Shown in pieces: positions 1-12,190 of a DNA stretch of 64,000 nt. Under the pieces are notes generated by a model. The model was given only the letters and a program-made list of their open reading frames with translations, was not told where the DNA came from and did no database searches. The translations under genes and the position numbers were made by a program. Source of the stretch: Selaginella moellendorffii (lineage: Eukaryota > Plantae > Lycopodiophyta); contig NW_003314322.1 of NCBI RefSeq assembly GCF_000143415.4, forward strand, positions 1,066,067-1,130,066, given 5' to 3'. Each line of letters starts with the position of its first letter. The first letter of the stretch is position 1.

Positions 1-69
1 GAAGAGCACGATGGTCACCTCTGGCTGGGGACGGTCCTGTTGAACAAGATCGTTGTTTACAAGCTGTGA
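1..69 (+). CDS. 3' end of a strictosidine synthase-like (SSL) protein, truncated by the window edge
   Basis: Frame 1 reads EEHDGHLWLGTVLLNKIVVYKL-stop, resembling the SSL C-terminus (E.DG.LW.GSV....I.VY.L). Confidence 0.6.
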   Translation, partial: EEHDGHLWLGTVLLNKIVVYKL

Positions 70-203
70 GTGATTCCATAGGCAAGGAAAATTTCGGTGC
101 TGCTCACAAAGAAGTTGGATAAGTACAACAAATATTTCCAAACAATTACATTCAAGAAAACGACTCGATTTCACAGACTGGACTGGAAGAACCTTATATC
201 TTT

Positions 204-1098
204 TTAAGCCGACGCCGCTGCATGGCTCATGCCGGACATTAATGGCTCCCTGGCACCCACGGCAGAGGCCGGAGGAACACTAATGGACCTCTTGCCTGAC
301 ACCGAAAGAACAAGAAAGATATCAGCGTCGAGTAGAAAATCCAGCAGTATTTTAATAAGAACGTACCGAAGAAAGCTACGCACGAGAGGAGCAGCATTGA
401 AACACCTGATAGAAGCAAATCCATACCAAATACGACAGCAAGCGTTACCAGGCCCAAGCGCGGTGCCAGGAGTAGCACTAAAAATGCTAGTACCACGGAT
501 ATAACACCACTTCCCATCAAAGTCGGCCAAGTCGCGAAGTTCCGGACCTGGGAGGCCATCACAGCCTTGAACACCCCCTAAACGAAGAAGAAAAATAAAC
601 AAGAGGTGTTAGTGATCAAAAGAAGAATCAAGCACTTACATGAAGAAGAAACCACATAGCCATGACGACGATGAGCAAGGTGCCGCTGCGTAGAGGATGG
701 ATGACCATCAGTAGCCCGACGATCATATAGAGAGCTCCCAGCAACAAGAAAGAGCTAGTCCCAGGTGCTCCACACATGAAGAAGAACTGGATGAGAGCCA
801 TAGCACCGCCAAACACGAGCAGCCAAGAGATCAACTTGCCGATAGCCAGCGTGAAGCTCAGGGGGAAGACGATAGCCACCAGGCCAACGAGTACCAAGCC
901 AGCTCCATACACAGCCAAGTTGATCGTAACTTTGTCCAGGTGATCCTCGGAGATGTTTCCAGTGATCGTTCTCATCTGGAAACGCCTGAAGTAGCTCCCG
1001 GTGCCTGGCAAAGCAGCGGTGGAGTCCCCTGGAACGTAAGGATCACCTGGTCTTGGTGATGTTGCTGCTGCTGGATGAATTGCATCCTTACTCGCCAT
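204..1098 (-). CDS. HdeD/DUF308-like multi-pass membrane protein, 3 exons (1098-640, 577-367, ~296-204)
   Basis: GT-AG introns join ORFs 628..1098, 239..574 and 204..602 in frame. About 6 hydrophobic helices with a repeated G..L...GL.AI..P pattern typical of DUF308. Confidence 0.65.
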
Positions 1099-1378
1099 CG
1101 CTATCGCTTACTCTGAGCACTGCCTTCCTTCCAGCCGAGAACCTCAGCTCATATAGACTAAAAATCCCGGATCATGCATCGCCCTTCTAGCTCTATCCTC
1201 CAAGTTTTAGAAGTATCTTGCAGGCTGCCAAGTGTACCAACATGCAGACCCTGCCCCCCAAACTGGCATTTACGTAAATAACTGGAAGCTGGAAGCGCGC
1301 GGTTATTTGGAAACAGCTTGTTCGATTCTTAGCTAAAGGATACGACCCTAAGATTTTCACTTTTGTCCCCAGGGCTGT

Positions 1379-2657
1379 TTAGTAGCTCTCGTCTTCACTT
1401 TCTGACCTCCGCAAGTGGAAGCGTAGACAATTGACGAGAACCTGGAACAAGCAAAAGCATAGTTTGAGGCAACATTGCCGTTAACATGTTAGTATAGTAC
1501 CTCTGCCAGAGACTTGGTCAGGGCTGCACCTCCGTAGCTCACATGAAACCTGTCTCTCGCCACCAGGCCCTGTTTAACGCATTAGTATTTGAAAAAGAAA
1601 AAGATCGTCTCCTTACTTCTGTATCAATTTCTGCAGATTCCACTGTGACGCTAGTTGCAGTGATCATCTCCACAATGTCCAGGAGTAAGCCCGGTTTATC
1701 GGCTGTCTCAATTGTTAACAAGCTGCATTGATCAATATAGCGTTTATATTTAGTCTATATAGCGTTTGTGTTTTCAGTCTTAAAATGTAATACCTTCTAG
1801 CGGGTCCCTGATCGGTGACAGTGATATGAGTTTTAACGTCAATCTGAAAAAGAAGTCACCGAGTTATGTGGTTGTTTTTCCATGGAATCGAACCTTCTTT
1901 GGAGGTTTCTTCCCGAAAGCTTCTCCCATAGCCAGTTTTTCGCTGGACTCCTGGAAGCATTTGCGTTTTAGTCTCATGACTTTGGAATAAAAATAGAAAA
2001 CACTTACTGGATGATACTGCAAAAGGTTGCTGATGATTGTCAAGCGGATCGATTCCAAAAGCTCGGGATCTTCAACCTTGCGTCCAGTAGCTCTACAGTC
2101 ATTTCCTTTTAGAAGACCTTGTCGTATAGAGGGGCGTAAGCACTTACGCACGGGTGATGGAGAGCCTGTTGGACTTTGTCTTCCCTGACACAGCCACAGA
2201 GCCTTTCACCACATTAAGCCCCAAATCCTTCAAAGCCTTCATCTATCACGATGAGAAGCATAAAAAGCGCATGAGAAAATTGGAAGGAAATCGAAAGAAC
2301 CGTATCAAGAAGAGCTCCAAGCCGATCCCCATAGCTGAGCTCCACGATGGTAACATGAGGATCGGACTCCTGATCGATGTGAACTATCGGCAACGGAACT
2401 GGCTCCTCTTTGATGACGACGGAATCTTTCGGTGCGCATGAAAACCTGGCGAAAAGAAAGTGAGAATCATCGCGAGGACCTCGCATTCTACACTACCTGC
2501 TGGAAATCCGGCGAATCGCTGTGAGACGCAGCTCGGAAAGCCTCGCCGTCGTCGTCGCTCTGATCGCCAGGATCGGCGACGCCAGCGCGTGCTCGCGATC
2601 GGCCGCAGCAATGCCGATCGATAATCCATCCCTGAGCGGCGGCTGCACGATCGCCAT
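1379..2657 (-). CDS. ACR12: Plastid ACT-domain repeat protein, ACR11/ACR12 group (closer to ACR12), multi-exon
   Basis: [81 protein letters not shown]...EDESY-stop. Transit-peptide-like first exon from ATG 2657. Confidence 0.88.
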
Positions 2658-3293
2658 GCCCTTCGCCAACACGATCGAGAAGGAGCCCTAGAACAATCGG
2701 CGCCATCCTCGATTCTTTTTTATTCCTCGGGAAAGAGGGCCCCATCCGTACATGTCCCATAACCGTACGGCACCAAGCTCTTTTTTATCATACTTTAGGG
2801 TTTTAGTAGACCTAGGTTTTGAGGGGAGGGCGAGGCGCGTGGAGCGTGCGCCTTGGTGCGGCAGTTCGAGGTGAGTGGCCACATCGCGTTTTTGGGTGCG
2901 TCCATAGATCAAGCACTAGTGATTTTGGCGCTTGCATCGGCCGGCTGGGGTTATGAGAGCTCGCGCTCTTCACTGGTGTGGCGGCGTGAGTGCGTGGTGT
3001 GTGTGGCGTCTTTGTTGTGGAAGCTTTTTTAGGATATTTACTTGTTTTGTGCATGACTAGATGCGTGGCGGCCTTGGACGGAGGAGAGTTAGAAAGCAAT
3101 GTAGGAGGGTGGCATGTTTTGGATGTGGGGGATTTTTTTGTGGAGTAATGGAGGGAGCGATGGAGCTTTCCTCGGGCCGAAAGTCGTCCTGGTCTGCCTC
3201 GCACCGCTGAATGCTACGTCCTGCTTGTTTATGCGGAGTTTCTACCGTAAGCCCTCTTTTTCTAATCTCCCGGTGATTGTCCTTGTTTTAGCC

Positions 3294-4967
3294 ATGAGTC
3301 GTTCCAGCAGAACAATATACGTTGGCAACCTTCCCGGTGATGTGCGAGAGAGTGAAATCGACGATTTGTTTTACAAGGTAAGACCCTTGTTTCGTTTTTA
3401 TGTCGTCTAAAAATCTCTTTTTTTCTTCTTGCTGCAGTATGGGCGTATCTTAGATATCGATTTGAAGCTGCCCCCCAGGCCTCCTGGTTATGCTTTTATA
3501 GAGGTATTCAGCTGAAGCATTTGTCCTTTGCAGCTTACTAAAGTTTTTTGTTCTCGCTCTGTCAGTTTGACGATCCTCGGGATGCTGAAGACGCCATCAA
3601 AGCTAGAGATGGCTATGTTTTTGACGGCCACCGTTTGCGGGTATGCTAGAGCTTTGAATGTGGACTGACGGGCTTACTTTTACCCCACAGGTAGAATTTG
3701 CTCATAGTGGTGGTCGTGGTCATCCCTCTTATGGCGGTGATCGGCATAGCAATAGCTACCGTGGTGGTGGTGGTGGAGGGGGAGGCGGCGGTGGAGGCGG
3801 CCGCGGGGTTTCTAGGCGCTCAGAGTACAGAGGTAGGATTTTTGTTTTCTCTTGCTGTAAAAACTCACATTATTGTGCTGCAGTTGTAGTGACGGGTTTA
3901 CCATCGTCGGCCTCCTGGCAGGATCTGAAAGTGAGACATTCTTTCCTGTCTTTTACCCGATTAAACTTTGTCTTGTGTATAGGATCATATGCGTACAGCT
4001 GGAGATGTTTGTTTCGCTCAAGTTTTCCGGGAGTCGAATGGTAATGAATGCTCTTATTCTAAGCTTTTTGTTCTGACTTCCCTGACGACAGGAACCAGAG
4101 GCATTGTCGACTTTACAAACTATGATGACATGAAAAATGCGGTATACATTCTTTCTTCTTGTACTCGTCAATGTTCTTATACTCTTCTTAACAGATACGA
4201 AAACTCGACGACACTGAGTTTCGCAATCCTTTTTCGCATTCATACATTCGGGTAAGCTGCACACGCTTATTGTTTGTGTCATTGATTTGGAACGTGTTTT
4301 GTAGGTGAGGGAGGATAAATCGGGAGCAAAGCGGAGCACAAGCCGCAGCCGCAGCCGCAGCTGGAGTCGCGGCAGCCGTAGCCGCAGTCGGAGCCGCAGC
4401 CGCAGCAGGAGGTAGCGATCGAGTTTTCCTTTCTCTAAAACCGAACCTGTCTTGCAGTGCTAAAAGCCGGTCGAGGTCAAAGAGTAGATCTCGCTCCCCA
4501 GCGCGTCGATCCCGCTCGCCAGTGCGTCGCTCTCGCTCGCGCTCGGCATCACGCTCTCCTGCGCGGAATGAGCTTTCAAGGTATAAGTTAAAACTTTATT
4601 CGGAGACATTGTTCCTTGGTGGTATTCTCACGGTGGTGATTGTCTCAGATCAAAGTCGCCAGTTGTGAAGCGTAAATCAACGTCTCGCTCCCGCTCTCGC
4701 TCGCGGTCACGATCGCCTACACCCCGGGTAAGCCGAGAGTTTAAAGGTTCGTTGAGATGAGAATGATCGATTTGTCTCTGGCAGGCACAAGACACGGCTG
4801 CAAACAACAAATCCGGCAGCCCAAACGGTCGCGGTAGTCCCAGTCCCAGCAGGAGCCCCAGCCCCAAGCCCGAGAACAACAACATCGCCACCGAGGAGAA
4901 CGACACAGTCATGAACGATAAGTCGCCTGGTGCTCGGAGCCCATCACCCGTTTCGGAGGGTGCTTAA
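3294..4967 (+). CDS. SR34: SF2/ASF-type serine/arginine-rich splicing factor (SR30/SR34 family), many exons
   Basis: [19 protein letters not shown]1, Gly linker, RRM2 with the SWQDLKDHMR signature, RS-repeat tail, stop at 4965-4967. Confidence 0.9.
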
Positions 4968-5252
4968 ATCTAATCTCAAGAGCAAGGAACAAGCAAGCAA
5001 GCAAGCAAGAAGAAAAACAATTTTTCTAACTGTTGTAGAATACATATGCTTTTTTTTATTTTATTTTTATCAATCTGGATTCGATGTTTGTGTGCTATCG
5101 TTGTTTCGAAATAGACACTAAGGCATAAAACTCGACAGTTGACGAAGGTTAGATAATCGACCCGGTTCCCAAGATGTACAAATCGACTTTATCAATGGAT
5201 CCTCGAAAGAAGTGTGAGAAGAAAATAAATATCGAGAGAGAGAACCTGGTTT

Positions 5253-6647
5253 TCAGACAATGGCAATGGCTTCTTCGAGGACTGGAGTGACGCTGCTCAC
5301 TGGAGCCTGCCAATCCGGCGAGGGCCTCAAATGCCATCTATACGGGTCATCCGGAGCTAAAACCTTAGGAACTGGATGACTGCTAACGGGCTCGTTCAGG
5401 CTTTCGTGCTCCTTCTTGAGATAGTAGCCCCACTTCACTTGTATTCCTAGCCTGCCAAAGTAAACATCTTGAGTAGCGAGAAACTTTGGTGCCAGCGTAC
5501 CATGCGACAAACGAGATGCCAATGACTGTGGTGAATGAAAGTGCTACTCGGTCATCTGAGAACTTGATAAACCTGCATTTTGGAGAAGAGAGTTATCAAA
5601 GCAGCATTACACCGCGGAAAAACATACCCCATAGTGCACAGCAATGCGAGAAAGAATGACACACCTGCAGGAAAGGACTCGACGTAAACCACTCGTCTCA
5701 AGTGAGTGACGACGAAATACCCCAGAAGAAGAGAGAGAACGCAGTGTTCCAGTAGTCTTTGCACCTGCAACGAAGCAAATCAGCTCAAACACTAGGCTTT
5801 TGGATTGAGATATGACTACCTGGCCGCCCAGAAGTTTTGAAACGTCCGGGAGGGAACGGGAGGGGGTTGCGACGGAGCAGCCGATTCAGCATAGGAATGG
5901 CACAGGGCCATGAATTCTTCCTCGGCATGCTCGGAAACAAACGACTTTCCCATCCGGAGAATGCATCCGAGGAGATAGACGCAAATAATCGTCGAAGTTG
6001 TCATCAAAGTTGGCTGAAAGGTTTCTTAGAATCAATCAAAGCTAAGATGTGTCTCAAAAGCAAAAAAAGCTTACAACGATGGCTGTACAGATCGCGTAAG
6101 GCATCAAGCGTCCCTGTCAAAAGGAAGTGTCACAGAAAGAAAAGGATGTAGGTAGAAAACTTTATCGCTTTTACCGCACGGATGGATTTTGGTGTGTTGA
6201 ACTCGACCGGGGCCGTCATGGTGAAGCTCGTCACCAGTCCAGTGATCCAGCTCAACGATCGCAAATGCTCAGATTTTTCTTCCACATCTCGCCTGTTTAG
6301 CTCTGAAAATCTGTGCAAAATTCCATCTCTTCCTCCAACACTTCACAAAAGAAGAAACACTCGCCTTGACCACACGTATCGCGAATTCTCGATTCTCCGC
6401 TGCTTCATATCCTCCTCCCTCCACCTGAATATCGAAGCTCAAATCGATCCGAGCGATCAGAACATACGATTCACCTGTGCATTTCTTCCCGGAACGCGGC
6501 CTCCTCGGCGCGGGCCTCGATCTCCTCGGCCCGAAGCTCCATATCCTCCGCCCGCCAGGCCCGATCCTCCTCTCTCCAAGCCCTCTCTCGCTCCCTCCAT
6601 TCCCTCACGAGCCATGTATCCAGAGCGCTCAGCCCAACGTACGCCAT
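5253..6647 (-). CDS. Orai/CRAC calcium-channel-like protein, 4 TM, ~8 exons
   Basis: Spliced product: MAYVGLSALDTWLVREWRERERAWREEDRAWRAEDM...WREEDMKQRRIENSRYVWSRFSELNRRDVEEKSEHLRSLSWITGLVTSFTMTAPVEF (TM1 with the selectivity Glu), then TM2, TM3 ending in GFIKF, and TM4. Introns are GT-AG except one GC-AG. Confidence 0.75.
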
Positions 6648-6724
6648 TTACTCCAAAAACCCTAAAATCTCGAAACGTTGACTTCTTCTGGTCAATGTAT
6701 CATAACTGGGATATTCCCTGTTAC

Positions 6725-6767
6725 ATTAAAGCCATTTGCCTCCCAAACTTTCAAACCTTGGGCGGGA
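6725..6767. promoter_or_regulatory. CHR-like (TTCAAA/TTTGAA) plus E2F/CDE-like (GGGCGGGA) module upstream of cyclin A copy 1
   Basis: ttaaagc..cctcccaaa.ttcaaa.cctt.gggcggga, also present upstream of cyclin A copy 2. Confidence 0.5.
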
Positions 6768-6987
6768 CAAATGGCCCGATCCGAGGGCCCAGATGCTGCC
6801 AACCGGTCTGGCTGCATCTCGACCGCCGGATCGCGGACTTAAGCTCCAGCTGTGGAGCTTGCTTTTCCCCATCCCTAATCTTCCGGATTGCGGGGCTGCG
6901 CGCTCTCAATGCTGCGGGGCGGATCGGTGCCTCGATTGACGCGCTGTGATTAGGCATAGCTCGGATCGTCTCAGGTATTCTGGAAGA

Positions 6988-8886
6988 ATGTCGAGCGATG
7001 GGGCGGATCGGAGGCTGCGGAGCCGGACCAGCTCGTGGACTGGATCTCAAAAGAGCGCGGGGCAGTCGTCCCAGCCGAGATTGGCGTCCAAGCGAGCGGC
7101 ATTGGACGATGGTCGGGCTTGGAGCAGCGGCGGCAGCAGCAGCAGCAGCGCGGTCACGGCGCTTTCCCAGGGCAAGAAGCGAGCGGCATTGTCGAGCCTC
7201 TCCAACTCGGCCAACGTCCCAGCCATGCGAGCTACAGTGACCCCGAAATCCCAGGTTCTTCTTTTTTCCCTGTCTGTTCGTTTGTTCGTGGGCTTTCTTT
7301 TAAGAGGGTGTGACTCTTTGTTGTGTAGATTGTGGTCACAAAGCCAAAGTCTCGTGGGCTTCACGAGAAGAAGGCCTTGAAGAAAGTTTCCAAGCCCGTC
7401 GTTAAGGCTGTGGCGATTGAATCGGTGCCAGACAAGAGTGATAGTGTAGCTGAGGTCAGGGTGGAGAATCTGGAGTCCCCGGCTGTGAAGGCTGACCCTC
7501 AAGCTGTCCTCTCTCTTGAACGAAAGACCGTCCAGAGTTTGTACATTTCGAGGGAGCCCAAAGAGACCGGTAAGTTGTTTCTCCGTCAACTATTGTAATG
7601 TCGATTGCTTTTCGAGTGTAGAATTGCAGCAGGGAGTCGCAAGCAGCAACTCCATTGATGCGTCTCTGAAGGACATCGATGCTGGGATCAAGGATCCACA
7701 GATGTGTGGGCTATATGCTACAGACATATACCAACATCTTCGAATGGCTGAGGTATGAAATAGTTCTGGTTGATAGTTCGTAGTAAACCTTCAGCCTTGT
7801 AGCTCAAGAGGAGGCCGTCGACGAACTTCATGGAATTCATACAACAAGATATCAACCCCGGTATGCGAGGGATACTTGTAGACTGGCTTGTGGAGGTAAA
7901 GTCCCTCGTTCTGATTTATTGATTAATTTGCGTGCTTTCACAGGTTGCTGAAGAGTATAAACTGGTTCCAGACACGCTATACCTTACTGTGTCCTACATC
8001 GATCGCTTCCTTTCTGCGAACGTCGTCAGTCGGCAACGGTTACAGCTGCTTGGAGTCTCTTGCATGCTTATTGCGTCGTAAGTATTATCCGATCAAATGG
8101 TGGATAATAAACATTATTTTTCAGGAAGTACGAGGAGATATGTGCGCCCCAGGTGGAAGAATTCTGCTATATCACCGATAACACGTACTCAAAGTCGGAG
8201 GTCGTAGATTGATCTGTACTTCACTTTTTTCATACGCTAACTGTGTTGTGTAATCAGCTCGTTGACATGGAGAGGCAAGTGCTCTGCCAGTTGCGGTTTG
8301 AGCTCACAACTCCGACAATTAAGACATTCATCCGACGATTTATGAGGGCTGCTCAGGCAGCGTACCAGGTTTGTCTTTCGACAGCAAGTGTTGCTAATTC
8401 GAATTGAGTTAAAATTTAGGAACCATCTCTTCAGCTGGAGTTTCTTGGAAATTATCTAGCAGAACTTAGTCTTGTGGAGTACAGCTTCTTAAAATACATG
8501 CCGTCGATGATTGCTGCGTCAGCCGTTTTCCTGGCGAGGCTTACTCATAATCCTGCGGCAAAGCCTTGGGTGAGTGTTACAAGCTTCCGCTATTAAAGCT
8601 TAACTGTCACTGTGTTTGCATTGCAGGATGCGACATTGTCTCGTTACACCCGCTACAAAGCCTCGGAATTGTCAGAATGTGTGGCTGATATGTATGATCT
8701 ACAGCGGAACATCAAGGGCTGCGGACTGCCAGCAACTAGAGAAAAATACAAGCAACACAAGGTAAGCTTGCTTTTGTAGTAAAAAAAACCACATGTAAAC
8801 TATCTATTTCGTCCTGGCAGTTCAAGTGTGTCTCAAGTTTGCAACCCCCGGTTTTGGCTCCCGAACACTTTCAAGATGACGCGTAG
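6988..8886 (+). CDS. CYCA: A-type cyclin (copy 1)
   Basis: D-box [47 protein letters not shown] cyclin-box signature, stop at 8884-8886. Confidence 0.93.
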
Positions 8887-9088
8887 AAATAAGCCACCAC
8901 GCTCGAGCTCGAGCTTCCATCCTGTGCTCCCAGAAATGCGAGGAGGAGCCGTCTGTAAACTACAGAACCTTATAAATTATCACGAAAGCTCCTTTTATTT
9001 CGGTAAAACAGGCTGCGTTACATAGGTACTTATAAGAACACTACTGTGAATTCGACTTAGACAACGTCCCAAAGATCGTTTGCGCCTC

Positions 9089-9511
9089 TTAACGAGAGAA
9101 CGTCAGTGCTAGAAAGAAAGAACAGGCAGAACAGTGAGATAAAGAACGAGAACACTACGAGACAGGAGAAGCAAAGAGTGGAAACCATCTCATCTTACCT
9201 CCACACTTTTTTGGAAGCGTTAGTTTGCAGGACGCTGCCATGGACTTGATGCGAGCGACATTGACTGCATTGGCAATTCCAGGCGTGACGAGGTAGCAGC
9301 AAGAGAATGGAGCAGCTTTGATGGCCTTGCAACACGCCAGGTGAGGAGGGCCAGTGCCAATGTAGTCATTGTAACAATTGGTGAAGAGACTCGTGGCGAA
9401 GTTGTTACAAGCATTTGGAGGAGGAAGAGCCGACTCGACTTTGAGAAGCAGCAACAGCACTAGTGACACTAGCAGGATCAAGACGTTGCTAAGGTATTCT
9501 TTTCCTTCCAT
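9089..9511 (-). CDS. Non-specific lipid transfer protein (type D-like) with atypical Cys spacing
   Basis: Signal peptide, 8 Cys, intron 4 nt after the last Cys codon, short last exon ALTFSR-stop. Confidence 0.8.
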
Positions 9512-11229
9512 CTCACACAGCCTCTTTTGTTTTCATGTTTTTGCAGTGTGCGAAATTTATGGTGAAGGGTGGTGACAAGCGGTGACGAGGAAAACAATGC
9601 TGAGTGTTCGAGCTTTTATTATTTTTGTTTAATTTATGCTTGCTTTGAATACTTGTCGAGAGCCAGAATAATATCGTAAAGCAAGCTAAACACGAGTTAC
9701 AAACGAACTCAAATGAAAACCAACAAAAACAAACGAAGACAAACCAAAACATGTGGCAGCTCGTGAAATACTTTTGAGCAGTGTTTCTAGAATATTCACT
9801 CACATCTTTGGGGCATCTATGGCGCCATTCTTATGGGATAATCACCTTTGTGGCACAACTAACTTCTTTCTGTAGAGGAGCTGCATCTTTGTGGAGATGC
9901 CTATGGACATGAAATTGGCATACTTAGCGAAAAATGACATTAGATTTCATCTTCCACAAAGAAGAGTTAGCAAGGTAGTCTCTTGCCTTTGAGACAAAGT
10001 GGCAGACTCCAAGGAAACCAAACATGGAAGGATACCTTGCCTTCAGCTCTCGATGCAAATTCCTTGCCTTATTCCCAGGAGATTGAAAGGATAGGGGGGA
10101 GGGGGTATATACTTTCCTTTCCCCACTCCTACTCTTCACCCCATGTTTGCAATTTTTTCATGGAGACCGAGCTCATAAGACTTGTTCTCGATGGTGAATT
10201 AGTCCCTAAGGGACAATGGAGTAATGTACATATATGTTGCATCGATGGTGAAGTAGAAGTTTTTTATGACATTTGCAGCTGGTGAAGTCACTATAAATCA
10301 AAAAGCTTGACTTTGTCACAAGAATCAAAGGTGGTTTAAAACTCATGGTCATGGTGGGGACGTGTAGGATTTGAGGGTGGTAAGTGTATTGTCCATGATG
10401 CTACCAGGAAGAAGACAACTCATCATGGGTGAGGCAATGCTACAGCTATTGCTACTAGAGCTAGACTACTTGTAATGCTAGAACCACCAAAGCTCTAGAC
10501 TAAGAACTTAGCTCAAACTTGAGTTGCCCCATCCAGCTCCTCTTCCCCGAGTACTTCACCAAAAATTTCCACCTGAGTTGTGTGACTCTCCATCACTGCT
10601 TTGCACTCAGCTGTGCCATGGAGGTGATTAGAAGAATGGACAGCATTAATGGGCTATATGTGAGTGAACCCTAAACAAGCTCTCACTTAATTCGTTTGTC
10701 TTCATTTGATTTGATTTTGTTTGAATTCCCTTGAATTCGTTTCAATTCTTTTAATTTTTTTTTGGTCTTTTTTTGTAATTCGCTTTTAACTTGGTTTACA
10801 AATTGCAATTATAGTGGAAACTCTTTAAGGGATTGTTTCATGGTTTTAGCCAATCAAACAAGATTCTTATCTTATAGCTTGCATCATAAAAATTAAGTCA
10901 TGAGATAAAAGAGTATTTTATTTTACTTAACCTTTGGCCAAAGATTTTAACCTTTTTTATGACAATCCAATGTTATACAATAAACATGGGCTGTAAACAT
11001 GATTTAAATTAGTATCAAAACATCTGTAATTACAAACGAATTAGAAAATGTTTAAGATTAAAAAATATTCTAGAATATACTTGAATATATTAGGTCTCTT
11101 TGTCTAAAAATCTAAATGATAGGATGAATAGATGTTTATATCCAACCTTTTACATACTTAAATTACTAATCTAAATACTTGTGGGTAATGTTAGAGCCAT
11201 AACCTAAAGGAGTTGTACATGGTGTTTAA

Positions 11230-11790
11230 TAATCTCCAGATATTCGTATCGTATTGGTATGCCCCTCTTAAAGCTGGGAGCCACTTTGTCTACGCTCTAA
11301 CCGCAGCTCCTTGCAATACATAGCCAAGGTACTTGTATGCTTCAACCACCATTACCAAAGGTGACAGTTTTTGTTTCTATAAGATTAATCACTAGTCTTG
11401 TGTAATTGAAAAACCAAGCAAGTAACTCAAGCTATTCTGTAGCATTATGCAGGTGGAAGCTAGAAGTAGCAAATCATCCACATAGAGTAGCATGTATAAA
11501 TATAATCCGGCCATTTGTATCTTTGAGAGGAGGTGGCGACGATGACTCCGTACCTGTCAAAAACTTTTATAAAGTGTACGAAGCAACAAATCAAACGCTT
11601 GCCATTCACCATCATCCTTTCATGTATGGTACGAAGCATGATGAGGTGGTCAGGACAATTGTATTGTGGTCAAAAACCCGCTTGCTCGTTTCCCATAGGT
11701 CTCACGCCATTTAACCAGTTTCTTCTCGACCATGGAGGAAACAATAATCGTGCGGTAATCATCTCATCTCTTAAAACTTTATTTTGGCCA
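11230..11790 (-). mobile_element. Degenerate non-LTR (LINE) retrotransposon reverse-transcriptase fragment
   Basis: Minus strand carries YRTIIVSS, QAGF, CCFVHFIKVFD, LLYVDDLLLLA (~11473-11484) and YKYLG in correct order, with stops, frameshifts and an internal deletion. Confidence 0.8.
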
Positions 11791-11884
11791 TGGCCCCAGC
11801 GAGCTTAGCCTAGTTAGCTTAACCAGTCAGTAAACTAGATTATGCCAACGTTTTATTCAGAAAGGTTGAGGCCACAGTGAACGA

Positions 11885-12190
11885 AACGATCTGCCGGAGA
11901 CCAAAGGAAAGTCGCTCGAGGAACTCAGACTCGATGATGTAGACACCACCGTGCTAAAACTCAGGAGTTCCGAAACAAGCTCGAAAGTTTGTCTCCCAGG
12001 ACTGCGATGCACTCCACATAGACGAGCGCACCACAATCCACCCCATGGATAGAGCATTCAAGTCTTGAAGTTCCATAGCCGCAGCTCAGTGTCGCTGGGA
12101 TCAAAGCGAGGCCACTCCAGCCGCAAGAGACGAGCGCGTAGCCAGCCGTGAAGGTGCCAATGGCTGCCACAAATGCGGGCGAAATTATAG
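11885..12190. pseudogene. Possible MFS sugar-porter fragments
   Basis: LPETKGKSLEEL on + (11891-11926) and AFVAAIGTFTAGYAL on - (~12130-12180). Confidence 0.3.

Noticed and set aside
6182-6949. 255-aa + strand ORF
   Set aside because: Antisense to the Orai-like exons and promoter, low complexity.
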